Assembly (NCBI GenBank): GCA_035712365.1
Contig: DASTAW010000064.1
Location: 5,203-69,202, forward strand
Source of the DNA: Terriglobia bacterium
GTDB lineage: Bacteria; Acidobacteriota; Terriglobia; UBA7540
Direction of reading: 5' to 3'
Length of the DNA stretch: 64,000 bases
This document shows positions 31,924 to 41,188 of this stretch, piece by piece; position 1 is the first letter of the stretch, and each line of letters begins with the position of its first letter. Made by a program: the position numbers and the translations under genes. Under the pieces are notes generated by a model. That model ran no database searches. It was given only the letters and a program-made list of their open reading frames with translations, and had not been told where the DNA came from.

Positions 31924-34900
31924 ATGGAAAACAGTCTTAGAACCCGCCTTTTCAACTTTCTCCTGTTGCTCGCGGTGGTAATGGCGCTCGGTTCCCAGCG
32001 AGGATGGGCGCAGGCAGGTCTCGCGACGCTCAGCGGGACGACCACGGACCAGTCAGGCAGTGTCATTCCAGGCGTGGACGTCACCGCCACCAATACCACC
32101 ACCGGCGTCACGCACCGCTCCCAGAGCAATTCAAGCGGTGTCTACTATATCGGCGCGCTGCCGCCCGGCCCGTACAAAATGACTGCCGAGAAGACCGGCT
32201 TTAAGCAGTGGACGCGCGAGTTGCAGCTTGAGGTTTCCCAGAATGCCTCTATCGATTTTCAGATGGAAGTCGGCAGCACCACGACCATAGTCGAAGTGAC
32301 CGGCGCTCCGCCGGTGCTAAACACAACCGGCACGCAAGTAGGGGACGTCAAGGATTACCAGCGCATCAATCAGCTCCCTCTCAACGGCAGGTCGGTTGCG
32401 AATCTGTTCGACTTGACTCCAGGAGTCGAGGGCGGAGGCAATGCCCGCGTCAACGGCATGAAGGTTGGCTCGATGGGCATCCAACTTGACGGCATCACGG
32501 AGCGCGACCGTTTCGGCGGTGGCATGGTGCGCGAGCAGCCCGACATTCAGGACGTTCAGGAGTTTTCAATTGATACCAGCGGCAGCGACGCCAAATATGA
32601 TAGCCCATCCACGGTGATCCTGAAGACCCGAGGAGGCACCAATCAATTGCACGGTGAGGCGTTTGAAACTCACCGCAACAACACGGGTGGGCTGCTGGCG
32701 CGTGTCCGCCAGCAGGCTGGCGACGAGCCGTTTCCGAAAGACATCCGCAATGAATTTGGCGGCAACGCAGGCGGTCCTGTCATCATCCCGAAAGTTTACA
32801 ACGGGAAGGACAAGACCTTCTGGTTCTTCTCTTACGAAGGCCTCCGGGAAGTAGGTCGTGCCGACGAGTACGGGGGCATCACTCCTACGGCGGCGATGTG
32901 GAACGGCGACCTCAGCAATGTCAAGGATCCCGACAGCGGCCAGCAGGTAATTGTCTATGATCCAACCACGACCGATGCAAACGGCGTCAGGCAGCCGTTC
33001 GCGGGGAACATCATTCCGCCAAGCAGTATCAGCGACTTTGCGAAAAAGATGCAGGCATTGACTGCCCTTCCGACAAATGGCAACAACCCGTTTGTTGCAA
33101 ACAACCTGACCAGCGTTTACCCCACCTTCAACACCCAGAACAAGCTGACCATCAAGGGGGACGAGAATTTCAGCGAAAAGGACCGGCTCTCGGTCAGATG
33201 GTCGCGGCAGAAGTCGTTTTTCAGCCAGGCCGGGGGCCATTACGGTAATCCCCGCAACTGTGACAATTGTGGCGGCACTGCGCGTCAGGACTCCAGCGTG
33301 ACCAACGTCAATGTGGATTATACGCGCACCCTTTCAAACACTATGCTCAACCAGTTGATCCTGGGCGCCCTGCGAACGCCCACCAGTTCCGGAACGCTGG
33401 GTGACAATACCAACTGGGCCGACCAGCTCGGCCTGCCCAACCCCTTTGGGGTGACGGGTTGGCCCACAATCTATGCTGACAACTTTCCCTGGGACGCCGA
33501 CAACCGGAAGGATGAGCATCAGACCACCTACATCGTTCAAGACAACTTCACCTGGGTCAAGGGGAGGCACACCATTGAGTTCGGCGGGACTTACTTCAAA
33601 GACCAGAACAACGTTCGGGAGCTTCAGCAGGCCATGGGATCGCACAACTTTGGCGGCGAATGGACCTGCCTGTTTAATGGGTCCGATGGCTGCGCGCCAG
33701 ACACGGGCAACGGATTTGCCGCGATGCTGCTCGGCCTTCCCGACTATCTTTCCAACCAGTACAACCGCGGCTACTTCTACTTCAGGCAGAATGCCTATTC
33801 CTTATATGTCAACGACAAGTGGAGAATGGGCCCGCGCCTGACTCTCAGCCTTGGCGTACGGTGGGACAAGTGGACGCCATACACAGAGAAGCAAAACCGC
33901 CTGGTTACGGCGCCTCTCGATTCAATCCTCAGCACCTTCCAGGTGGTTACGCCGGACAGCCATGAAATCACTTCCTTGCCGGGAATACCTCCGGCTGTCC
34001 TGCAGTCATGGGCCGACAGGGGATTGGCCTACGGCACAGCCAGCTCCTACAAGTATCCCAGCAGCCTCTTCAGTGCGGACAACAACAATTTTGGCCCGAG
34101 AGTGGGCGCGGCCTTCAAGGTGAACGATAAGACGGTGGTCCGAGGCTCGTACGGCGTCTTCTTCTGGCCCACGCCGCTCGCCCAGATCTTGCAAACCTCA
34201 AGGACCAACCCCCCGCTGAACCTGAGGTTTCAGAACCAGTTCCAAGGGCCGGGTGTTTTTGGCGAGGGGAACGATGGGAACTTCATGTTCATAACCAATC
34301 CCGGGCCCGCTGGCAGCGGCCCCGACTACCTGCCCAACGCCAGCGTGGACACCGTCGGGGTGGTGCCCATCCCAGCTTCCGCGCAGAGTATTTTCCCCTA
34401 TGATGGGACCAACTGGCGCGACGACAGGATGCAGAACTGGAATGTCACGCTGGAGCGCGAGCTTCCCCTTCGCACAACCCTGAGGCTCAGCTATATCGGA
34501 AACCACGGCAGCGATATGGAACAGCGGGTCGCGATCAATAACCGCACGCCTGTGCTCACCTATGTCGATGCTACCGGGCAGGCGCCGGCCGCCAACCCCC
34601 TCTTTGATAACTGTGGCTGCAATGACTTCCTGCGTCCGAACCCGAACTGGGATGTCGGCAATGGGTATATGGCGCATACAGGCATTTCGAACGCCAACTC
34701 ATTCCAGGCCCAGCTTGAACACAAGTACCATAACGGCACGGTCTTCCAGTGGTACTACGTTTATGCTCACGGACTGAGCACCACGGATGCCGGAGGATCC
34801 ACCAGCGGCAACTCGTCATTTAATTCCGGAGGTGGAGGCGGCATGGTTCCTGAGGACCGCATCATTCTCGGCCAGCCGTCGCTTACGCCGGACCAGCTCC

Positions 34901-35634
34901 GAAAGCTTGTTTATTTCAACATGACCACCATTCCCGTCCAGCACTATGGCTGGAATGGCCTGGTTGACCTTCCCTTCGGCCAAGGCAAGAAATTCCTGAG
35001 CGGCGCCGGCGGAGCTCTGAACCAGCTTGTGGGCGGCTGGCAGGTTGCCTTTCTCGGCGACTGGACTTCCGGCTTTTGGCAGAGCGTCAACACGGCTTAT
35101 CTGACCAACGGCAATCCCCGGCTCAGTCCTGACCAGCGCCTCACCATGAACTACGGAGGCGACCAGCAGCAGCTTTGGTTCGCCGGCAATCTGGACCTTT
35201 CCCAGGCCTCCGATGTCCAGGGCGGCATGCAGGCGCTTCAAAATCTAGTTAATCCCAATATAGCCCAGCGCGTCGTCCGTCCTTTCGGCCCGAACTGCAA
35301 GGGCAACTATGACAGCAAGGGCAACATCGGCATTCAAAACACGGTGCTGGACCAGAGCGGTGACGTCGGGTGCTACAACGTTGCGACCGGAGACTTCTAT
35401 CACCCCAGCGCAAGGGGAAGCATTCTCGGTCCAAGTGCCTTCACCATGGATGCTTCCATGTTCAAGAATTTCAGCATTGGAGAACACATGAAGATCCGCT
35501 TCACGGCGGACTTCTTCAACGTGCTCAATCACCCGACCAACAACACCCCGAACGCTTCAACGGGCTTGATCGATCTGTCAACTCAGGCGAACGATCCCCG
35601 GCTGATTCAATTCTCTTTGCACGTGCTGTTCTAG
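31924..35634 (+). CDS. TonB-dependent receptor with N-terminal carboxypeptidase-regulatory-like domain
   Basis: The signal peptide ends GWAQA. CarboxypepD_reg is TLSGTTTDQSGSVIPGVDVTATNTTTGVTHRSQSNSSGVYYIGALPPGPYKMTAEKTGF. A plug region follows (LNGRSVANLF), then a long beta-barrel ending in F. ATG 31924 follows GGGGGAG. Confidence 0.85.
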   Translation: MENSLRTRLFNFLLLLAVVMALGSQRGWAQAGLATLSGTTTDQSGSVIPGVDVTATNTTTGVTHRSQSNSSGVYYIGALPPGPYKMTAEKTGFKQWTRELQLEVSQNASIDFQMEVGSTTTIVEVTGAPPVLNTTGTQVGDVKDYQRINQLPLNGRSVANLFDLTPGVEGGGNARVNGMKVGSMGIQLDGITERDRFGGGMVREQPDIQDVQEFSIDTSGSDAKYDSPSTVILKTRGGTNQLHGEAFETHRNNTGGLLARVRQQAGDEPFPKDIRNEFGGNAGGPVIIPKVYNGKDKTFWFFSYEGLREVGRADEYGGITPTAAMWNGDLSNVKDPDSGQQVIVYDPTTTDANGVRQPFAGNIIPPSSISDFAKKMQALTALPTNGNNPFVANNLTSVYPTFNTQNKLTIKGDENFSEKDRLSVRWSRQKSFFSQAGGHYGNPRNCDNCGGTARQDSSVTNVNVDYTRTLSNTMLNQLILGALRTPTSSGTLGDNTNWADQLGLPNPFGVTGWPTIYADNFPWDADNRKDEHQTTYIVQDNFTWVKGRHTIEFGGTYFKDQNNVRELQQAMGSHNFGGEWTCLFNGSDGCAPDTGNGFAAMLLGLPDYLSNQYNRGYFYFRQNAYSLYVNDKWRMGPRLTLSLGVRWDKWTPYTEKQNRLVTAPLDSILSTFQVVTPDSHEITSLPGIPPAVLQSWADRGLAYGTASSYKYPSSLFSADNNNFGPRVGAAFKVNDKTVVRGSYGVFFWPTPLAQILQTSRTNPPLNLRFQNQFQGPGVFGEGNDGNFMFITNPGPAGSGPDYLPNASVDTVGVVPIPASAQSIFPYDGTNWRDDRMQNWNVTLERELPLRTTLRLSYIGNHGSDMEQRVAINNRTPVLTYVDATGQAPAANPLFDNCGCNDFLRPNPNWDVGNGYMAHTGISNANSFQAQLEHKYHNGTVFQWYYVYAHGLSTTDAGGSTSGNSSFNSGGGGGMVPEDRIILGQPSLTPDQLRKLVYFNMTTIPVQHYGWNGLVDLPFGQGKKFLSGAGGALNQLVGGWQVAFLGDWTSGFWQSVNTAYLTNGNPRLSPDQRLTMNYGGDQQQLWFAGNLDLSQASDVQGGMQALQNLVNPNIAQRVVRPFGPNCKGNYDSKGNIGIQNTVLDQSGDVGCYNVATGDFYHPSARGSILGPSAFTMDASMFKNFSIGEHMKIRFTADFFNVLNHPTNNTPNASTGLIDLSTQANDPRLIQFSLHVLF

Positions 35635-35649
35635 ATTTCCAGCGGAACC

Positions 35650-35691
35650 CTCGAGGGCCTCGGACGGGCATCACCAGTTCGAGGCCCTCGA
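35650..35691 (+). terminator. 12-13 bp GC hairpin downstream of the receptor gene
   Basis: ctcgagggcctcg ... cgaggccctcga with a 17-nt loop. There is no U-tract, so intrinsic-terminator function is uncertain. Confidence 0.35.
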
Positions 35692-35763
35692 ACCACTCCT
35701 CCATTCATCGCACAAAGTTGAAGTCGGACCGATGGATAAAAGCCGCCATCGTTCTGGCTCGCT

Positions 35764-36216
35764 ATGGTGATGATTGCGTGCGCGACCCTTACCTGTTTCG
35801 GCGCGCCACAACGCCTTCCGCCAGCCGAGAGTGAAATGCTTAAGCAGGAAATCCAGTTGCTCTCGGAGAGTAAATACGAGCAGGCCATCGGCGCGGTCAA
35901 TCCCCCGAAGCAGGAGTCTCCGCTTGATCCGCGGCCTTATTCCTATTCAGGCATGCCGTTGACGCAGGCGGGTGGACTCCTGCCCGCGGCGCTGGAATTA
36001 AAGGAAGCCGTGCGCCTTAAACCGGGTGATCCCGTTTACCGTATATTTCTGGCCAACATCTATTCCCGCCTGAAGCAGAAAACCCATGCTCTGGCGATGA
36101 TTCGCGGCCAGGACGCTTACGATGCAGGCAAAAGTGAAGAGGCGCGAGCCTTTGCAAAACATTGCGGCTTCGCCACATGGGACAATTCTAGAGAGAGGAT
36201 GCAGCCTTGCACATGA
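35764..36216 (+). CDS. hypothetical protein, TPR-like
   Basis: 150-aa ORF. ALELKEAVRLKPGDPVYRIFLANIYSRLKQ is TPR-like. The N-terminus is short and hydrophobic. Support is weak. Confidence 0.4.
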   Translation: MVMIACATLTCFGAPQRLPPAESEMLKQEIQLLSESKYEQAIGAVNPPKQESPLDPRPYSYSGMPLTQAGGLLPAALELKEAVRLKPGDPVYRIFLANIYSRLKQKTHALAMIRGQDAYDAGKSEEARAFAKHCGFATWDNSRERMQPCT

Positions 36217-37733
36217 TCAGCCGAACGAGCCGGGTCCCTCTGATTGTTCGGGCGCTCCAGCACGGTGGCCGCACGGCCGTTGTCGATACCCAGAGGTCCT
36301 TCCCGTACAACGAACTGCTGGACGCTTCATCGCGTGTTGCAACGGCGCTGCTCGCTGGACGCCCGAACCTTCAGGAAGAGCGTGTGGCTTTCTTAATCAG
36401 GCCAGGATTTCCCTGGGTGGCGGCGCAGTGGGGAATCTGGCGGGCTGGCGGCATCGCAGTTCCCCTGCCGGCCGACTCGACGAGGCCTGAACTGGATTAC
36501 ATTCTCGACGATACCGAAGCATCGGCATTGCTGTTCGATGCTGAAGCGGAGCCGCTGATCGCGCCGCTTGCGGCAGCGCGTAACGTGCGCGCGTTGCCAT
36601 TTGAGCAGCTTCTCGCCTGCCCATCACGAGAGCTACCCGATGTCCGCAGCGACCAGAGGGCCATGATTCTCTACACCAGCGGCACGACGAACCGGCCAAA
36701 GGGCGTGGTGACCACCCACGCCAACATTGCAGCACAAATTGTGAGCCTGGCAGAGGCATGGGAGTGGTCGGCGGATGATCGGATTCTCCTGTGTTTGCCG
36801 CTTCACCACCTGCACGGAATCATCAACGTGGTTTCTTGCGCGCTGTGGTCGGGCGCCACCTGCGAGATGCTGGCGCGCTTCGACGCGAATGCCGTCTGGG
36901 AGCGCATGGGCGGTATGACCCTGTTCATGGCTGTGCCGACGATTTATGTGAAACTCATCGCGGCATGGGAGGCGGCGTCGCCGGAACGCCGCGCCGCTCT
37001 CAGCCAGGCGTGCGGCAAGTTACGTTTGATGGTGTCCGGCTCGGCCGCGCTTCCGGTTGGCACGCTCGAGCGCTGGAAGGAAATCAGCGGCCACACGCTC
37101 CTCGAGCGCTACGGCATGACGGAGATTGGAATGGCCCTGTCAAATCCGCTCCGCGGCAAACGCGTGCCGGGCAGCGTCGGCGCTCCGCTGCCTGGCGTCG
37201 AGGTACGGCTGGCGGACGAGCGCGGCAGGACGGTGGCGTCCGGAACGCCAGGCGAGATCGAAGTCCGTGGTCGGAGCGTATTCGCAGAATACTGGGGCAA
37301 GCCGGAGGCGACGCGCGATGTTTTCCGAGATGGCTGGTTTCGCACGGGCGATGCCGCAGTTGTCGAAAATGGGGTTTACCGAATCCTTGGGCGTACGAGT
37401 ATTGACATTCTCAAGACCGGGGGACACAAAGTGTCGGCGCTGGAAATTGAGGAGACTCTGCGCGGGCATCCTGCCGTCGCCGAATGCGCTGTTGTCGGGC
37501 TTCCCGATGCCGAGTGGGGAGAGCGCGTCGGTGCAGCTCTGGTGCTGAAGGCCGGCCATTCGCTCGATCTGCCGTCGCTTCGCGCCTGGGGGAAAGCGTT
37601 TCTCGCGCCGCACAAACTGCCTTCGCGGCTGCTCGTCCTGGATGCGCTGCCACGTAATGCGATGGGAAAAGTGATTAAGCCCGCAGTGGCGGCGACGTTT
37701 CAGAGGGCGGGCGGAGATGGCTCCGCCGTATAG
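36207..37733 (+). CDS. AMP-dependent acyl-CoA synthetase/ligase (malonyl-/fatty-acyl-CoA synthetase-like)
   Basis: The AMP-binding motif is MILYTSGTTNRPKGV. ERYGMTE, WFRTGD and GKV are also present. TTG 36207 has GAGAGAGGA 7 nt upstream. Confidence 0.85.
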   Translation: MHMISRTSRVPLIVRALQHGGRTAVVDTQRSFPYNELLDASSRVATALLAGRPNLQEERVAFLIRPGFPWVAAQWGIWRAGGIAVPLPADSTRPELDYILDDTEASALLFDAEAEPLIAPLAAARNVRALPFEQLLACPSRELPDVRSDQRAMILYTSGTTNRPKGVVTTHANIAAQIVSLAEAWEWSADDRILLCLPLHHLHGIINVVSCALWSGATCEMLARFDANAVWERMGGMTLFMAVPTIYVKLIAAWEAASPERRAALSQACGKLRLMVSGSAALPVGTLERWKEISGHTLLERYGMTEIGMALSNPLRGKRVPGSVGAPLPGVEVRLADERGRTVASGTPGEIEVRGRSVFAEYWGKPEATRDVFRDGWFRTGDAAVVENGVYRILGRTSIDILKTGGHKVSALEIEETLRGHPAVAECAVVGLPDAEWGERVGAALVLKAGHSLDLPSLRAWGKAFLAPHKLPSRLLVLDALPRNAMGKVIKPAVAATFQRAGGDGSAV

Positions 37734-39202
37734 GACGCTTTGTATTGGCATGCTGGCGTTTCTAGCAGTCCCTGCCGCCGGCTCTCAGTCCTGCTCATGC
37801 GACTTATGGCGACCACCAGAATAAAGTTGAGCACGAGAGCTACGAATCCAGCATTCAAGCCCATGAAAGGGTCTCTGCCGCTCAAGGTAAGGAACGTGAC
37901 CGTTGCAATTCCGGCCACGAGCCCGGAAAAAACCCCCGCCCGGCTGGCGCGGCTCCAGTAGAGCCCCAGTACAACTCCCGGGAAGAACTGCGTCACTCCC
38001 GCGTAGCCGAGCAACAGCAGCGCCACAATCGTGCGCGCGCCCGAGAGCGCGAAAAGAAGCGCGGCCGCCATCAACACCACCGACGCTGCTTTAGCCAGTT
38101 TCGCGACATCGTCATCGCTCATCGATGGCGCCAGAATGGGCCGGACGAAATTCTTCGTGAAGAGTGCGGAGGCGGTCAGAATCAGGATGGCGCAAGGCAC
38201 CATAGCCGTCAGCGCGCCCGCGCCGCCCACCACTCCCAAAAACCACGGCGGGAAGGTTCTTTGCACCACGGCCAGCAGCGAAAGATCGCCATCCGGCAGC
38301 CCGGGTACCACCAGGAGGGCGGCGAAACCTGCGAAGAAGATAAGAGGCAGCAGCAGCGTGTAGAGTGGCATCACCACCGCGTTCCGCCGTAGAGTGTCGG
38401 AACTCCGGGCGGTGAAGCTGGCGCCGAAATTGTGCGGCCACATGTAGACTCCGAAGGATGTGAGCAGGACAGTGGAAATGAACCACGCATGTCCCATATT
38501 GTGGGTTTGACCTGGCATGGTTAAATGCGCTGGATGGGTGCGGACAATCGCTCTGAACATGGGGCCGAATCCGCCGAACCAGTGGTAGGGAATGGCGATG
38601 CCGATCACCAGGGCGGCGCCGAGCAGCAGAATGTCTTTCAGCACGCTTACCAGCGCCACGGCTCGAACGCCGCTGGTAAAGACGAAGCCGGCCACCAGCG
38701 CGCCCCCAATCACCATGGCCGCCCGGGGACTGATCTGGCCGAAGCTGGCCACTTCCACGATGATGCCCATCCCCTTAAGCTGCAATTGCAGATAGGGGAC
38801 GATGAACACCACTCCCACGATGGCAACCAGCGCGGCCAGGGCCTTGCTCCCGTATCGCCTCTCGAAGAAGTCGGACTGCGTCTGCAAGCCTTGCGCGCGA
38901 GCGATCTCCCAGAGTTGCGGAAGGATATAGAATGACACCACATACCCGAGCGTAAGGTAGTCAAGAATATAAAGCGTTGGACCGCCGCGCGAATAGGCCC
39001 AGCCGCTGGCGCCGAGGAATGAAAAGGTGGTGTAGACCTCTCCTGCCATCAACAGCCACACCAGCACGACTCCAAAACCGCGGCCCGCCACTGTCCACTG
39101 CTCGAGGTCCATCCTCCGGCTCGCGCCGGCCCGGAAACCAACGAACGAGCCTAAACCAACGATGGCAAGAATGATCAGGAGGGCGGTTGAGGAAGGGCTC
39201 AT
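37700..39202 (-). CDS. sodium:solute symporter (SSS) family transporter
   Basis: A 500-aa polytopic membrane protein with typical SSS layout, paired with an upstream DUF3311-type small protein. Confidence 0.75.
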   Translation of the reverse strand: MSPSSTALLIILAIVGLGSFVGFRAGASRRMDLEQWTVAGRGFGVVLVWLLMAGEVYTTFSFLGASGWAYSRGGPTLYILDYLTLGYVVSFYILPQLWEIARAQGLQTQSDFFERRYGSKALAALVAIVGVVFIVPYLQLQLKGMGIIVEVASFGQISPRAAMVIGGALVAGFVFTSGVRAVALVSVLKDILLLGAALVIGIAIPYHWFGGFGPMFRAIVRTHPAHLTMPGQTHNMGHAWFISTVLLTSFGVYMWPHNFGASFTARSSDTLRRNAVVMPLYTLLLPLIFFAGFAALLVVPGLPDGDLSLLAVVQRTFPPWFLGVVGGAGALTAMVPCAILILTASALFTKNFVRPILAPSMSDDDVAKLAKAASVVLMAAALLFALSGARTIVALLLLGYAGVTQFFPGVVLGLYWSRASRAGVFSGLVAGIATVTFLTLSGRDPFMGLNAGFVALVLNFILVVAISRMSRTESRRQGLLETPACQYKASYTAEPSPPAL

Positions 39203-39432
39203 GGCGCTTCACTCTGGCGTCCGCCCGGATGGCGGGAATCGGCCCGCTTTTCAAAACGATAAGCGCCCCACAGGCAAAGCGGCGTCAGCAGGATCCATAG
39301 CATTAACCAGAAGATGTTGAAGGGAAAGCCCGCCACAAAGGGACGGATGCGGTCCCAAAGGGGGACCGTAAAGCACATCCCCGCGAACGGAACCAGGCCC
39401 AACATCAGGGCTGGCCATGTAGGCTTTCTCAC
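39199..39432 (-). CDS. DUF3311-like small membrane protein (SSS transporter partner)
   Basis: Has PLWDRIRPFVAGFPFNIFWLMLWILLTPLCLW. Its stop overlaps the SSS start (ATGA). GTG 39432 has GGAG 8 nt upstream. The longest ORF reaches 39480. Confidence 0.65.
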   Translation of the reverse strand: MRKPTWPALMLGLVPFAGMCFTVPLWDRIRPFVAGFPFNIFWLMLWILLTPLCLWGAYRFEKRADSRHPGGRQSEAP

Positions 39433-39772
39433 GTTTTCTGCTCCTGATTCAGGCGCGCCAGCCAGGCAGTCGCCCGGCAACCGCGCACGCCGAAGTTCTC
39501 ATCCTGCCACGGCGCACCCGCTTGGGCGCGGCCCGGGGAGCGAGACACTGAGCTGGAACCCGGTTGCCGGTCAATGGTAACCGCTTGCGCGGCGCCTCCG
39601 CAAGGAATTCGGGCGCGGAGCCGCCGGCGCAAGGAGACAGTGCGTCATTCCAGATGATACCCGGCAAATCACTCGAGGTATCCGCTGGTATCTCTAGCGG
39701 CACGCTTTGGCGGAGCAAATACGTATGACGGCTTTGTCTGAAATATATCCGGCCTTCGTTATGTTGGTGTGA

Positions 39773-40195
39773 TCAATGGACTGACCGCGGGGCAGGCGCA
39801 TCGCTTGGAAGAAGCGCCTGCACCATCTTATCCAGCAGGGCGGGATGCTCGAGGTAATCGGTAGCTCCCAGGTCAGTGGCTTCAGGGCGGAGATTCTGAT
39901 GCGGCTTTCGGCCCATCACAACCACCGGGGCGTGGCATTGTGTCTCGCGGGCGTAACGAATAATCTCACGGCTGGCCTGGATGCCTTCGCCTAGATCGAC
40001 GACCATATAGACAATGATCGCCAGCCGCAGGACGCCCTTGGCCGCCTGCGGTGTGGTGGCGGTGACGGGCGAGAAGCCCAGGCTGAGAAACATCGTCCGG
40101 TAGTAATCCAGAAACAATCGGTCGCTGCTGAAAATCAGCACCACGCAACCGCGGTAGTCTGCCACTTGGGTTTCCATTGATGCCGTGGGATTCAT
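39773..40195 (-). CDS. single-domain receiver-like protein (partly degenerate REC)
   Basis: On hand alignment to CheY, the D57 equivalent is present (MVVDLGEG), but the DD pocket is SD, T87 is G and K109 is H. The ATG overlaps the upstream stop (caATGA). Confidence 0.6.
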   Translation of the reverse strand: MNPTASMETQVADYRGCVVLIFSSDRLFLDYYRTMFLSLGFSPVTATTPQAAKGVLRLAIIVYMVVDLGEGIQASREIIRYARETQCHAPVVVMGRKPHQNLRPEATDLGATDYLEHPALLDKMVQALLPSDAPAPRSVH

Positions 40196-40683
40196 TGTTG
40201 CCTCCAGTCTGCATGTTGCGGGTTGGGAAAAGGGAAGGGCCCTTGGCAACCGGTCCCGGGATGAAGGGCAGGGGTGATGGCCTTTAAGGCTTCTGCTCTT
40301 CTGCGACGGCGGGCGTTTTCCGCAGCCGTCCGCCCCACCTGTGAGATGAGGTCCGTTTCAAACGGCGGAAGGATAAAGTCAAACGCTCCCTGCTCGATGG
40401 CTGATCGATAGGCCCTGGTGTCCGCGTGCTTTCCCACCACGATGACGTTGATCGGAACGGACATTTCACGGACCCGGTCAACGATTTGGACCCAGGCCCC
40501 GTCCGTGAGCGAAACCGCTGTGAAAACCACCTCGGGATGGGTCTGTTCAAGCAGGCGCAGGGCCGATTTGCAACTCCCGGCCATCCAGACTTCCATGCCC
40601 CGGCTCTTCAGGTGCGCTCGCAATTCGTCAAAGCAGGCGCTTCCGTCAGAAGCCAACAGGGCGAAGACCTTCTTTTGCGCCAT
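40192..40683 (-). CDS. single-domain pseudo-receiver protein
   Basis: On hand alignment to CheY, D57 is A (VVFTAVSLTDG), T87 is G, K109 is P (FILPPF) and the DD pocket is SD. ATG 40683 has GGGGGA upstream. Confidence 0.6.
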   Translation of the reverse strand: MAQKKVFALLASDGSACFDELRAHLKSRGMEVWMAGSCKSALRLLEQTHPEVVFTAVSLTDGAWVQIVDRVREMSVPINVIVVGKHADTRAYRSAIEQGAFDFILPPFETDLISQVGRTAAENARRRRRAEALKAITPALHPGTGCQGPFPFPNPQHADWRQQ

Positions 40684-41188
40684 TCTGTCCCCCTGCAAGG
40701 AGTTTGCAGAAACTCCAGGTCCCACAACCGCGGTGGGTTGTCCCCGTTTTCACGCGTCCAAGGAAGGTTCTACTTTATTGGAACCGGATGGGCGATGCAA
40801 TTCGCTCTATTACGTATTTTTGTTCTACGTGGAATTACTTATGCCCCGGTTGCCACGCCGGCTGGCCGCACATTGAAGGCGCTGAAGCTCGGTAGCGATA
40901 AAGGGCTTACTCCAATCACCGTTTCTTTGTGCCTTCTCCAGCATTATGAATATCAGCAACGCCGAAGTGAGTATTATCTTGAACCGCTTTTGGGCAATAA
41001 CCTGGCGAGGATGGAATTTTGCTGACTGCCCTTAATTAACCCCGCGAATTTGTTTCGGCCCCAAAACCCAGCGGTTGACAGGCTGGCCTGCCGAACCCCT
41101 CCCAATTCGTGCAGCATCCAATGGTAAGCTTCTCTTAGGCCGAAAGTGACTCTGCGGGGAAGGAGTTCCCTGCGGCACAGGAGGAAAA

